Below, one piece after another: positions 8,876 through 17,734 of a DNA stretch of 64,000 nt. Positions within the stretch are counted from its first letter, which is position 1; each line of letters starts with the position of its first letter. The stretch is taken from assembly GCA_040769125.1 (NCBI GenBank), contig JAXGLO010000001.1, forward strand, positions 656,069 through 720,068, in the 5' to 3' direction. The notes beneath the pieces are model-generated. The model saw only the letters and a program-made list of their open reading frames with translations, searched no databases and was not told the origin of the DNA. The translations under genes and the position numbers were made by a program. This DNA is from Thermoleophilia bacterium (GTDB lineage: Bacteria; Actinomycetota; Thermoleophilia; UBA2241).

Positions 8876-9465
8876 ACGGCACGACCACGGTGTCGCTGGT
8901 GGGCGTCGGCGGCCAGGGAATCCTGCTCGCCTCCCACATCCTGGCGGCCACCGCCGCCGCAGCCGGCTTCGACGTCAAGGTCAGCGAGGTCAAGGGCATG
9001 TCCCAGCGCGGCGGGAGCGTGCTCAGCACCGTGCGCTTCGGTCAGCGCGTCTGGTCGCCGGTGTTCGGGCGCGCGGACGTCGTGATCGCCACCGAGCTGC
9101 TCGAGGCGCGCCGCGGCCTGGATCTGCTCGTGCCGCGCGGCGCCCTCATCTGCGCTGCCACGACACGCATCCCCCCGGGCTCTGTGCTGCGCCGGGAGGA
9201 AGAGTACCCCGACGATCTCGCGTCGGCCGCGGCCGCTCGCGGGCAGCGCCTGATCGCCGTCGACGCCGAGAGCCTCGCGCGCGAGGCCGGCAATCCACGA
9301 ACCGTCAACGTTGCGCTGCTGGGCGCCGCCAGCGTCGTGCTCACGTTCTCCGAAGACGCCTGGCAGAGCGGCCTGGCTGCAGCGATTCCGGAACGACATC
9401 TCAAGGCCAACGAGCGGGCGTTCGCCCTCGGTCGCGACGCCGCCGGCCAGGGGGATACGCGATGA
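8872..9465 (+). CDS. iorB: indolepyruvate:ferredoxin oxidoreductase, beta subunit
   Basis: ATGA overlap with iorA. GVGGQGILLASHILA...KGMSQRGGSV is typical of the 2-oxoacid:Fd oxidoreductase gamma-type domain. Confidence 0.85.
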   Translation: MNGTTTVSLVGVGGQGILLASHILAATAAAAGFDVKVSEVKGMSQRGGSVLSTVRFGQRVWSPVFGRADVVIATELLEARRGLDLLVPRGALICAATTRIPPGSVLRREEEYPDDLASAAAARGQRLIAVDAESLAREAGNPRTVNVALLGAASVVLTFSEDAWQSGLAAAIPERHLKANERAFALGRDAAGQGDTR

Positions 9466-9875
9466 AGGTCACGCAGGTAACGGTCTTTCTCGAGCATCGC
9501 AGTGGGCGGCTTGCGGAGGTCGCCAGGCTTCTCGGCGCCGCCGGCATCAACATTCGCGGGTTCTCGACGACCGAGGCGGCCGAGTACGGCATCCTCCGCC
9601 TCATCGTCCCCGATCCGGAGCTGACGCGGCGCGTGCTGCACGACGCCGGTTTCGCGACCCAGCTCTCGTCGGTGATCTGCGTGCACGTTCCCGACAAGCC
9701 CGGAGGGCTTGCCCGCGTGCTCGACGAGCTCGCCGCTGTCGGCGTCTCGATCGAGTACCTGTACAGCATCTCTTTCGAGGTCATATGCTTCGCCGTCCAC
9801 GACATCGACCGGGCCGTCGAGTTGCTCTCGGGCACGGTCGACCTCTTCAGCGACGAGGAGGTCCGCGCCCTGTGA
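9462..9875 (+). CDS. ACT-domain (amino-acid-binding) protein
   Basis: ATGA overlap with iorB. Two ACT-like halves (VTVFLEHRSGRLAEVARLLGAAGINIRGF ... VHVPDKPGGLARVLDELAAVGVSIEYLY). Confidence 0.8.
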   Translation: MKVTQVTVFLEHRSGRLAEVARLLGAAGINIRGFSTTEAAEYGILRLIVPDPELTRRVLHDAGFATQLSSVICVHVPDKPGGLARVLDELAAVGVSIEYLYSISFEVICFAVHDIDRAVELLSGTVDLFSDEEVRAL

Positions 9876-11227
9876 GCCTGCTACACGCCTCGGAAGAGCA
9901 TCTGGCAGCGGACTGCGCCGGCGGCCTGCTCTGGCAGCCGGCGGCCGAGACGCTCGATCGTGAGCAACTCGTTGCGTTGCAGGCAGCCCGGCTGCGCGAG
10001 ACGCTGCAGAGCGTCTTCGACGACGTGCCGTGGTATCGCCGGAAGCTCATCGACGCTGGGGTCGTGCCGGGCGACGTCAAGACCATCGCCGACGCGGCCG
10101 AGCTTCCCTTCACGACGAAGATCGACCTCCGCGACAGTTACCCCTTCGGCCTGCTGGCGCGCGCGCGCGAGGATATCGTTCGAGTCCATGCCTCCTCCGG
10201 GACCACCGGCAACCCCACCACGGTCGCCTATACGCGGGGGGATGTCGAGCTCTGGGCCGACCTGATCGCCCGCACGCTGGCGGCCGGTGGCGTGAGGCCG
10301 GGAGACCTGCTGCAGAACGCGTACGGTTACGGTCTCTTCACCGGTGGACTCGGCCTGCACTACGGCGCCGAACGTCTCGGCTGCACGGTGGTGCCGATCT
10401 CCGGCGGCAACACGGAGCGGCAGCTCAAGATCATGCGCGACTTCGGCGCTACGGCGCTGAGCTGCACGCCCTCATACGCGATGTATCTGGGCGAAGCCGC
10501 GCGGGATCACGGTCTGCGCCCCGAGGATCTCCCTATCCGTGTGGGGTTCCACGGTGCGGAGCCCTGGACCAACGAGCTGCGCGTCCAGATCGAAGCCGCT
10601 CTCGGCATCGACGCCCTCGACATCTACGGCCTCTCCGAGATGGGCGGGCCGGGCGTCGCCTTCGAGTGCCTCTGCAAGGACGGCATGCACATCAACGAAG
10701 ATCACTATCTGGGGGAGATCGTCGATCCCGAGACGCTGCGCCCGGTGCCCGACGGACAGGTCGGCGAACTGGTATTCACCACGCTCTCACGGCAGGCCCA
10801 GCCGCTGATCCGCTATCGCACTCGTGATCTCTGCAGGCTGATCCACGAGCCCTGCGCCTGCGGTCGTTCCTCGGTGCGCATGTCCAAGACGCTCGGCCGC
10901 AGCGACGACATGCTGATCATCAGAGGCGTCAACGTCTTCCCCAGCCAGATCGAGGAGGTGCTGATGCGCATCCCCGAGATCGAGCCGCACTACCAGATAG
11001 TCGTCGATCGCCAGGGCTACCTCGACGTCATCGAGGCCTGGGTCGAGGTCGGCGAGGACGTCTTCGCCGAGACGATGGGGGATCTCGAGCGCTTCCAGCG
11101 CAAGGTCGAGGCCGAGATCTCCAACGTGCTCAACATCCACGTGGTCGTGAAGCTCAAGGAGCCCAAGTCGATCCAGCGCTCCGAGGGTAAGGCCGTGCGC
11201 GTGATCGACCGGCGCAAACCGCTCTAG
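9872..11227 (+). CDS. paaK: phenylacetate-CoA ligase family (arylacetate-CoA ligase)
   Basis: GTGA overlap with the ACT gene. AMP-binding motif HASSGTTGNPT, LPFTTKIDLRDSYPFG, and a PaaK-type C-terminus ...RSEGKAVRVIDRR. Confidence 0.85.
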   Translation: MSLLHASEEHLAADCAGGLLWQPAAETLDREQLVALQAARLRETLQSVFDDVPWYRRKLIDAGVVPGDVKTIADAAELPFTTKIDLRDSYPFGLLARAREDIVRVHASSGTTGNPTTVAYTRGDVELWADLIARTLAAGGVRPGDLLQNAYGYGLFTGGLGLHYGAERLGCTVVPISGGNTERQLKIMRDFGATALSCTPSYAMYLGEAARDHGLRPEDLPIRVGFHGAEPWTNELRVQIEAALGIDALDIYGLSEMGGPGVAFECLCKDGMHINEDHYLGEIVDPETLRPVPDGQVGELVFTTLSRQAQPLIRYRTRDLCRLIHEPCACGRSSVRMSKTLGRSDDMLIIRGVNVFPSQIEEVLMRIPEIEPHYQIVVDRQGYLDVIEAWVEVGEDVFAETMGDLERFQRKVEAEISNVLNIHVVVKLKEPKSIQRSEGKAVRVIDRRKPL

Positions 11228-11257
11228 GCTCGGGGGAGGGCTGTCGCCGAGGCGGCA

Positions 11258-11277
11258 GGCCTGCGGCTGGTCAGGCC
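11258..11277. terminator. weak stem-loop between convergent paaK and PBP genes
   Basis: GGCCTG-N8-CAGGCC, a 6-bp GC stem with no U-tract. Confidence 0.25.
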
Positions 11278-11281
11278 GTCG

Positions 11282-13576
11282 TCAGCTGAGGAGGCCGATG
11301 AGCCAGCGCCCGAGCGCGCCGGCGAGGCCCGTGGAGCCGTCGCCGGTGGCGGCCGCGCACCCGGGCAGATCCCGACGCTGCCACAGATCCTGATTTCGCC
11401 AGGTTGTCGCCGGCGCGGCGCTCTTCGTGGGCGTCGGCGTGGGTTTGGGCGTGGTCGGCGTGGGCGTCGGCGTGGGTTTGGGCGTGGTCGGCGTGGGCGT
11501 CGGCGTGGGCTTCACCGTCGGCCTGATGGTCTTGGTGTCTGTAGGCGTCGCAGTTGCCGTAGGCGAGGGCTTGGACGACGTCGAGGGCGATGGAGACGGC
11601 GACTTGCCGGAGAGCTTGCCCTTCCAGTTGCCGAAGGTCCAGGGGTGCTGCTTGAAGCTGGGATGAGGCCCGTCCCCGAGCACAGCGGCGAAGAACTTGG
11701 CCCACATCGGTGCGCAGTAGGTGCCGCCGTAGGCGCCGCTCATCGGCGAGTTCTTGTCTATGTCGCCCATCCACACAGCGGCGGCGAGGTTGGGCGTGTA
11801 GCCGCAGTACCACACGTCCCAGCCGTTCTCGGTGGTGCCGGTCTTGCCCGCGCGCGGGTACGGGAAGTACGCGCCTGTGGCGGAGCCGGTGCCCGGCGAC
11901 ACGGTGACGGTCTCCAGGATCTTGGTGACGGCCGATGCGGCGCCGGGGGGGATGGCGCGCTGCCCCTTCGTGCTGGGCTTCCAGTCGACGCGCCCGCTGG
12001 GGAGGACGACCTTCACGATCGCCTCGGGCTTGTGGCGGACGCCGCTGCCGGCCAGCGTTGCGTAGGCGTTGGCCATCTCCAGCGGGGTCACGCCCGAGGT
12101 ACCGAGGGTGACAGAGGGCACCGCGGCCAGCGAGCTGCTGATGCCCATCTTGTGTGCGGTGTCGACGGTGCTCTGCGGCCCGACGTCGACGGAGAGCTGG
12201 GCGTACACGACGTTGTCGGAGATCGTGGTCGCTGCGGCCACGCTCTCCATACCACCGGGGCCGTCGCCGTTCACGACCCACGGAGGTGCATATGAGCCCA
12301 TGGGGATGACGCAGGGGCTCTTGGAGGGGTAGTAGGTGGTGTAGGGGTTCATGCCGCGCAGGATCGCAGCGGTGAGCGTGAAGGGCTTCATGGAGGAGCC
12401 CGCCTGGCGCTTGGCCTGCCAGGCGAGGTTGAACTTCTGCTGCTTGTAGTCGAGGCCGCCGACCATCGTGCGGATATAGCCATTGCGGGGGTCGATGGCC
12501 ACCAGCGCCGCAGACGGCTTGAAGCCGAAGTTGAGCGGCCCGGTGGTCTCTTTGATGATCTCGATCGCCTTGCTCTGCCAGGCAAGGTCAAGCGACGTGT
12601 GCACTCGCAAGCCGCCCTCGAAGACCTGGCGGGAGCCGTAGTGCTTCGTGAGCACCCGGGTAACGTAGTCGGTGAAGTAGTCGGCCAGCGGGTTTGATGA
12701 GGCGGGCGGGTGCTTGTAGACGCGAACCTTCTTTCGCTTGGCCGCGTCGGCCTTCGCCTGCGTGATGTAGCCCTGGTCGGCCATGGCCTGAAGCACGAGG
12801 TCGCGGCGCTTCTTGGCTTCCGTGGAATCATTGGCGGGGTTGAAGGCTGAGGGCGCCTTGGGCAGCGCCGCCAGCAGCGCCGCCTGGGTGAGGTTGAGAT
12901 CCGAGACGTGCTTGTGGAAGAAAGTGCGCGCCGCGGCCTCGGCGCCGTACGCGTTGGCGCCGTAGAAGATGGTGTTGAGGTAGGCGGTGAGGATCTTGTC
13001 TTTCGACCAGCGATCCTCGAGTTGCCAGGCAAGGACGGCCTCGCGGATCTTGCGGGTGTACGTCTGCTCGTCGCCGACATAGGCGTTCTTCACGTACTGC
13101 GAGGTGATCGTGGAGCCGCCCTGCACGATGCCGCCGGCGCGGATGTTCTCGACGAAAGCGCGCACGACTCCCTGGAAGTCGACCCCGTGATGCGCGTAGA
13201 AGCGCTCATCCTCGATGGCCACCGTGGCCTGCTTGAGGACCTCCGGGATCCGGGCGCTGCTGACGAGCGTGCGGTTCTCGGCGCCGTGGAGCTCAGCAAT
13301 CTTCTTGTTGTGCCGGTCGTAGATGACCGTGTTCCTGGCCAGGGGATTGCGGGCCGACGTCTCGAGAGAGGGCAGATTGCGGGAGAGCGCGAACAGGGCG
13401 CCTGCGCCGACCCCGAGGGTCGCGACGACGAGCAGGGTCAGCACCGCGAGGACGAAGCGGAGCCAGCCGAGGCGCCGGCGCTTCTTGGCTTTCGCCTTGT
13501 CGCGGCGCTTGCGGCTGTGCCGCGCGGTGTCTTCGGCCGAGACGCTGTATCGGGTGTAGTCAGCCACGCTCGTCAT
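11282..13576 (-). CDS. class A penicillin-binding protein (bifunctional transglycosylase/transpeptidase) with Pro/Thr-rich C-terminal tail
   Basis: ATG at 13576 precedes a basic stretch plus TM anchor (LRFVLAVLTLLVVATLGVG). GT51 motifs EDERFYAHHGVD and RKIREA; transpeptidase motifs SSMKP, SDN and KTGT. The upstream 106 codons of the ORF are Arg-rich read-through. Confidence 0.85.
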   Translation of the reverse strand: MTSVADYTRYSVSAEDTARHSRKRRDKAKAKKRRRLGWLRFVLAVLTLLVVATLGVGAGALFALSRNLPSLETSARNPLARNTVIYDRHNKKIAELHGAENRTLVSSARIPEVLKQATVAIEDERFYAHHGVDFQGVVRAFVENIRAGGIVQGGSTITSQYVKNAYVGDEQTYTRKIREAVLAWQLEDRWSKDKILTAYLNTIFYGANAYGAEAAARTFFHKHVSDLNLTQAALLAALPKAPSAFNPANDSTEAKKRRDLVLQAMADQGYITQAKADAAKRKKVRVYKHPPASSNPLADYFTDYVTRVLTKHYGSRQVFEGGLRVHTSLDLAWQSKAIEIIKETTGPLNFGFKPSAALVAIDPRNGYIRTMVGGLDYKQQKFNLAWQAKRQAGSSMKPFTLTAAILRGMNPYTTYYPSKSPCVIPMGSYAPPWVVNGDGPGGMESVAAATTISDNVVYAQLSVDVGPQSTVDTAHKMGISSSLAAVPSVTLGTSGVTPLEMANAYATLAGSGVRHKPEAIVKVVLPSGRVDWKPSTKGQRAIPPGAASAVTKILETVTVSPGTGSATGAYFPYPRAGKTGTTENGWDVWYCGYTPNLAAAVWMGDIDKNSPMSGAYGGTYCAPMWAKFFAAVLGDGPHPSFKQHPWTFGNWKGKLSGKSPSPSPSTSSKPSPTATATPTDTKTIRPTVKPTPTPTPTTPKPTPTPTPTTPKPTPTPTKSAAPATTWRNQDLWQRRDLPGCAAATGDGSTGLAGALGRWLIGLLS
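11427..11513. repeat. 33-bp tandem repeat (about 2.6 copies) encoding the PTPTPTTPKPT linker of the PBP
   Basis: GTGGGCGTCGGCGTGGGTTTGGGCGTGGTCGGC at 11427-11459 is repeated exactly at 11460-11492, with a partial third copy. Confidence 0.75.
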
Positions 13577-13987
13577 TCTACAAGACTGTGGCGGCGCAGG
13601 TTTTCCGACCGTCTTACGCAGGCGCTCAGCCGCGGCTGCCGTCTCCCCCCTGCGCCGGCTCCTTCTTCGTCTGCGCCATGCGCGCCACGATGATCGACGC
13701 TTCGCAGAGGGTTGCGATCGGCAAGAGCATCGCGAGCTACGGGAAGGCGTCCGGTCCGGGCGCGATAACTGCAGGAAGCAGCGCTTCTCGTCAGGCGTGA
13801 AGACCGGGGTTCCCGGCGGGGAAGGGCGAAGAAGCTGCCGTAAAGCATAGTTGGCACCCGGGGCAGAGAGATGCCCTGCTCGGCGGCGTCCCACTCGGTT
13901 GCGTGCGTCTTGCGCGCTTTGCTACAGTACGGACGCCGCGGCTGCAGGCAGGCTGCAGTCCCGGATTCGGCGGATGCGGACCTCCAA

Positions 13988-14356
13988 GTGACGAACGCAC
14001 ACCTCATCAACTGGCTCTATGTGTGGCTCTTCATCGCGGCTGGCGGTGCGCTGGTGGTTCTCATCCTGCTTGTGTCCAAGGTGGTGAACCCCAGTCACCC
14101 CTCGGTGGAGAAGTTCTCCGCGTACGAATGCGGCATTCCGCCTGTGGGCAGCCCGTGGGCTCCGTTTGCCGTGCGGTACTTCGTCTTCGGCCTTCTCTTC
14201 CTCGTCTTCGACGTGGAGGCGGCCTTCCTGTTCCCGTGGGCGCTGGCGTTTCGCGGTCTCGGCACTGCCGGCTTCGTGGCGGCGCTCGTGTTCATTGCCG
14301 TGCTGGGGTTCGGTCTGCTGTACGTATGGCGTAAGGGGGCGCTCGAGTGGGCCTGA
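13988..14356 (+). CDS. nuoA: NADH-quinone oxidoreductase subunit A
   Basis: GTG at 13988. Three TM helices, with SAYECG and [23 protein letters not shown] signature. Confidence 0.85.
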   Translation: MTNAHLINWLYVWLFIAAGGALVVLILLVSKVVNPSHPSVEKFSAYECGIPPVGSPWAPFAVRYFVFGLLFLVFDVEAAFLFPWALAFRGLGTAGFVAALVFIAVLGFGLLYVWRKGALEWA

Positions 14357-14901
14357 GTGGCGCGACCGGGAAGCTCGCAGGGCTGCGATTCCCGAAGCTT
14401 GAGCATTTCCAGCAGTCCAACATCATCACCACTACGGCCGACCTCGTCTTCAGCTGGGCGCGCTCACACTCCGTGTTCCCCTTCACGTACGGCCTCGCCT
14501 GCTGCGCGATCGAGATGCTGAGTTCCGGCTTCGCCCGCTTCGACGTCTCCCGGTACGGAATGGAGGTGTTCCGGCCTTCGCCTCGTCAGTGCGATCTGAT
14601 GATCGTGGCGGGGACAGTCAGCGAGAAGATGGCGCCTGTGCTGGTGCGGCTCTACGAGCAGATGGCCGAGCCCAAATGGGTGATCAGCCTGGGCTCGTGC
14701 GCCAACAGCGGAGGGCCGTTCTACGACGGCTACGCGGTGGTCAACGGCGTCGACAAGCTGGTGCCCGTCGACGTGTACATCCCCGGCTGCCCGACGCGTC
14801 CCGAGGCGCTCTTTCAGGGGCTGCTCGAGCTTCAGGGCATAATCCAGCAGCACAAGTTCGTGGTCGAGAAGCCGTCCCCGACGCCGGCAGAGAAGGGCTA
14901 A
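14347..14901 (+). CDS. nuoB: NADH-quinone oxidoreductase subunit B
   Basis: [26 protein letters not shown] and IPGCPTRPE (N2 cluster ligands). Confidence 0.9.
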   Translation: MGLSGATGKLAGLRFPKLEHFQQSNIITTTADLVFSWARSHSVFPFTYGLACCAIEMLSSGFARFDVSRYGMEVFRPSPRQCDLMIVAGTVSEKMAPVLVRLYEQMAEPKWVISLGSCANSGGPFYDGYAVVNGVDKLVPVDVYIPGCPTRPEALFQGLLELQGIIQQHKFVVEKPSPTPAEKG

Positions 14902-14904
14902 GGC

Positions 14905-15399
14905 GTGGCGCTCCAGATCGGCACTAACCCGCTTGCGCTCGACGCGCTTGTCGAGCTGCTCGTCACCGAGTTCGGCGGCGAGCTGCGCGATGTGCGCTCA
15001 CAGGAGCCCTGGACAGTCGTCGCGCGCTGCGAAGCCGCACAGCTGAAGGCCGTCGCGCGGCGCCTTCGCGAGCACGCCGAGGTCGGGTACGAGACGCTCA
15101 ACTTCATCGCCGGAGTCGACAGGGTCTCAAGCCTCGAGGCTGTCTATCACCTCTACTCGTGGAAGACCAATACCTACCTCGAGCTCCACGTCGAGCTGCC
15201 GCGCGAAGCCGCCGAGGTCGGCACCGTCACCGACGTATGGCCGGCGGCCGACTGGCATGAGCGGGAGGCGTGGGACATGCTTGGCATTCGCTTCGCCGGT
15301 CACCCCGACCTGCGCCGGATCCTTCTCAAGGACGACTTCGTCGGCCACCCGCTGCGCAAGGACTACGTCGATAGCGCCAGGAACCACCCGCATGTTTGA
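14905..15399 (+). CDS. nuoC: NADH-quinone oxidoreductase subunit C
   Basis: 164 aa. VWPAADWHEREAWDMLGIRFAGHPDLRRILL is the 30-kDa subunit signature. Confidence 0.9.
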   Translation: MALQIGTNPLALDALVELLVTEFGGELRDVRSQEPWTVVARCEAAQLKAVARRLREHAEVGYETLNFIAGVDRVSSLEAVYHLYSWKTNTYLELHVELPREAAEVGTVTDVWPAADWHEREAWDMLGIRFAGHPDLRRILLKDDFVGHPLRKDYVDSARNHPHV

Positions 15400-16606
15400 C
15401 CACTTCGCGACACCTGAGCCCGACGAGGCGCTCAAGCTCGCGTTGCGGCGCATCGAGGAGTCGAAGGATCGCGGCGAGGGCTCCGACCTCGAGGGCCTCG
15501 CCCTCAACGAGGTCGTGGTCAACATGGGGCCGCAGCACCCTTCCACGCACGGCGTTCTGCGCCTGCTGGTCACGCTGGACGGCGAGCTCGTCAAGGACGT
15601 CATCCCCGTCATCGGGTACCTGCACCGCTGCAAGGAGAAGCTGGCCGAGAAGCGCACCTACTACCAGTACATCCCGATCCTCGATCGCACCGAGTACGTC
15701 GCGGGCATTAACTGTGAATGGGCGTACGTGATGACGGTCGAGAAACTCGCCGGGATTACACCGACGCGGCGGGCGGAGTTCATCCGCGTCGCCACCGCCG
15801 AGCTCAACCGTATCGCCAGCCACCAGGTGGCGCTCGGCACCTTCACCGCCGACCTCTCCCCTCTGGGGACGGCCATGGCCTTCTATTCGTTCCGCGACCG
15901 CGAGCTGATCCTCGACCTCCTCGAGGAGGTTAGCGGCGGGCGCATGATGTTCAACTATTTCCGCTTCGGCGGCGTCCGCGACGACCTTCCCGACGGCTGG
16001 GTCGAGAAGTGCCGCGACCTCATGCGGCGGATGCCGAAGCTCATTGACGAGTACGAGGCGCTGCTCGACGACAACGCCACCTTCCTGCAACGCTGCGTGG
16101 GTAAAGGTGTCATCAGCCAGCAGGACGTCGTCGACTACGGCATCACCGGCCCCAACGCGCGCGCCTCGGGTGTCGCGCTGGATCTCCGCCGCACGCGGCC
16201 GTACTCCGTGTACCCGGAACTCGACTTCGCAGTCTGCACCGCCACCCACGGCGACATCTTCGACCGCTACAGAGTGCGTATCGACGAGATGCGTGAATCG
16301 GCCAAGATCGTCGAGCAGTGCCTCGACATGATGCCCGGCGGTCCGGTGCGCCTCGGCTCGCGGCGCGCGCCCTACGTCATCGCGCCGCCGCCCGGCGCCT
16401 GCTATGTCGGCCTGGAGAACCCCCGCGGCGAGTTCGGCACGTACATTGTGAGCGACGGGTCGCGGTATCCGTACCGGCTCAAGTTCCGCGACCCCTGCTT
16501 CTGCAACCTGCAGATCTTTCCCAAGCTCCTGCGTGGCAACAAGATCGCCGACGCGGTGGCCATCTCGGGGAGCATCGACCTGATTCTGGGAGGGATCGAC
16601 CGCTAG
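15392..16606 (+). CDS. nuoD: NADH-quinone oxidoreductase subunit D
   Basis: ATG at 15392 (8-nt overlap with nuoC). NMGPQHPSTHGVLRL, the 49-kDa signature, and C-terminus ISGSIDLILGGIDR. Confidence 0.9.
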   Translation: MFDHFATPEPDEALKLALRRIEESKDRGEGSDLEGLALNEVVVNMGPQHPSTHGVLRLLVTLDGELVKDVIPVIGYLHRCKEKLAEKRTYYQYIPILDRTEYVAGINCEWAYVMTVEKLAGITPTRRAEFIRVATAELNRIASHQVALGTFTADLSPLGTAMAFYSFRDRELILDLLEEVSGGRMMFNYFRFGGVRDDLPDGWVEKCRDLMRRMPKLIDEYEALLDDNATFLQRCVGKGVISQQDVVDYGITGPNARASGVALDLRRTRPYSVYPELDFAVCTATHGDIFDRYRVRIDEMRESAKIVEQCLDMMPGGPVRLGSRRAPYVIAPPPGACYVGLENPRGEFGTYIVSDGSRYPYRLKFRDPCFCNLQIFPKLLRGNKIADAVAISGSIDLILGGIDR

Positions 16607-17734
16607 ATGGATCTCATGGAGCTCATCCTCGGCGTACTTCGCGCCCTGCTCTTTGTGGTGATCGCCTACGCGGTGGTGTTCGTGGCGGCGCTCGTCAACA
16701 TCATCTTCGAACGTCGCGCTCTCGCGGTCATGCAGGATCGCCTCGGGCCCAACCGCACCGGGCCACAGGGTGTATTCCAGAGCGTCGCCGACGCCTTCAA
16801 GATGATTGGCAAGGAGGACTTCCGGCCGACGCTCGCCGACCCGTATCTCTTCACGCTGGCGCCGATTCTGGTCATGTTTGGCGCCGTTGCCATACAGGTC
16901 GTGCTCCCGTACACGGGCGGCCTCATGGCGACCGATCTCGACGTCGGAATCATCTTCATCGTCGCAATCTCCAGCTTCACGACGCTGGCCCTCCTGCTCG
17001 GCGGCTGGTCCTCGCGCAACAAGTGGTCACTGGTCGGGGCGCTTCGCGCCGCCGCTCAGATGATCTCTTACGAGGTGCCCATGATCCTCGGCCTGCTGGT
17101 CGTCGCCATGATCGTGGGCTCGCTCAGCCTCAAGGACGTCGTGGCCGCCCAGGCCGGTTACCAGTGGATCGCGTTCTACGCGCCCTTCACCTTCCTGCTC
17201 TTCTACATCCCGTCGATCGCCGAACTTAATCGCGGCCCGTTCGACCTTCCCGAATCCGAGTCCGAGCTCGTCGGCGGCTACGGCACCGAGTACTCAGGAA
17301 TGCGGTTCGGCATGTTCTTCCTCAACGAGTATGCGGGAATGACCATCATGTCGATGGTGGTCGTCACCTTGTTCTTCGGCGGCTGGCAAGGGCCGTGGGC
17401 GGACGCCGTGGTCTTCTGGGGCGTCTCCTGGATCGGCCTCCTGTGGTTCGTCCTCAAGGCGTACATCCTCGTTTTCACGCTGATCTGGGTCCGGCTCACG
17501 TTACAGCGCCTGCAGGCCGACCAGCTCATGGCCTTCGCCTGGAAGGTCCTCATCCCATTGGGCTTCCTCAACATCCTGGGGAGCGCCGCCGTCATTCTGT
17601 GGGCGCCTCACTGGAAGATCGCAATGGCCATCTTCAGCTGGGCCTCCCTGATCGCCTTCGTGGCCCTCTTCGACCCGATCCTCAAGTGGCGTCTGCGTAA
17701 GCAGCGCGAGCGCCTCCCGGTGGTGAACGCCTGA
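16607..17734 (+). CDS. nuoH: NADH-quinone oxidoreductase subunit H
   Basis: Starts immediately after the nuoD stop. ERRALAVMQDRLGPNRTGPQGVFQSVADAFK and AELNRGPFDLPESESELVGGY motifs. Confidence 0.9.
   Translation: MDLMELILGVLRALLFVVIAYAVVFVAALVNIIFERRALAVMQDRLGPNRTGPQGVFQSVADAFKMIGKEDFRPTLADPYLFTLAPILVMFGAVAIQVVLPYTGGLMATDLDVGIIFIVAISSFTTLALLLGGWSSRNKWSLVGALRAAAQMISYEVPMILGLLVVAMIVGSLSLKDVVAAQAGYQWIAFYAPFTFLLFYIPSIAELNRGPFDLPESESELVGGYGTEYSGMRFGMFFLNEYAGMTIMSMVVVTLFFGGWQGPWADAVVFWGVSWIGLLWFVLKAYILVFTLIWVRLTLQRLQADQLMAFAWKVLIPLGFLNILGSAAVILWAPHWKIAMAIFSWASLIAFVALFDPILKWRLRKQRERLPVVNA

Noticed and set aside
11427-11513. Regular short DNA repeats (11427-11513, 46220-46321, 47361-47388) considered as possible CRISPR-like arrays.
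   Set aside because: The repeats are contiguous with no unique spacers. The first two lie inside ORFs and encode Pro/Thr linkers. No cas genes are present.
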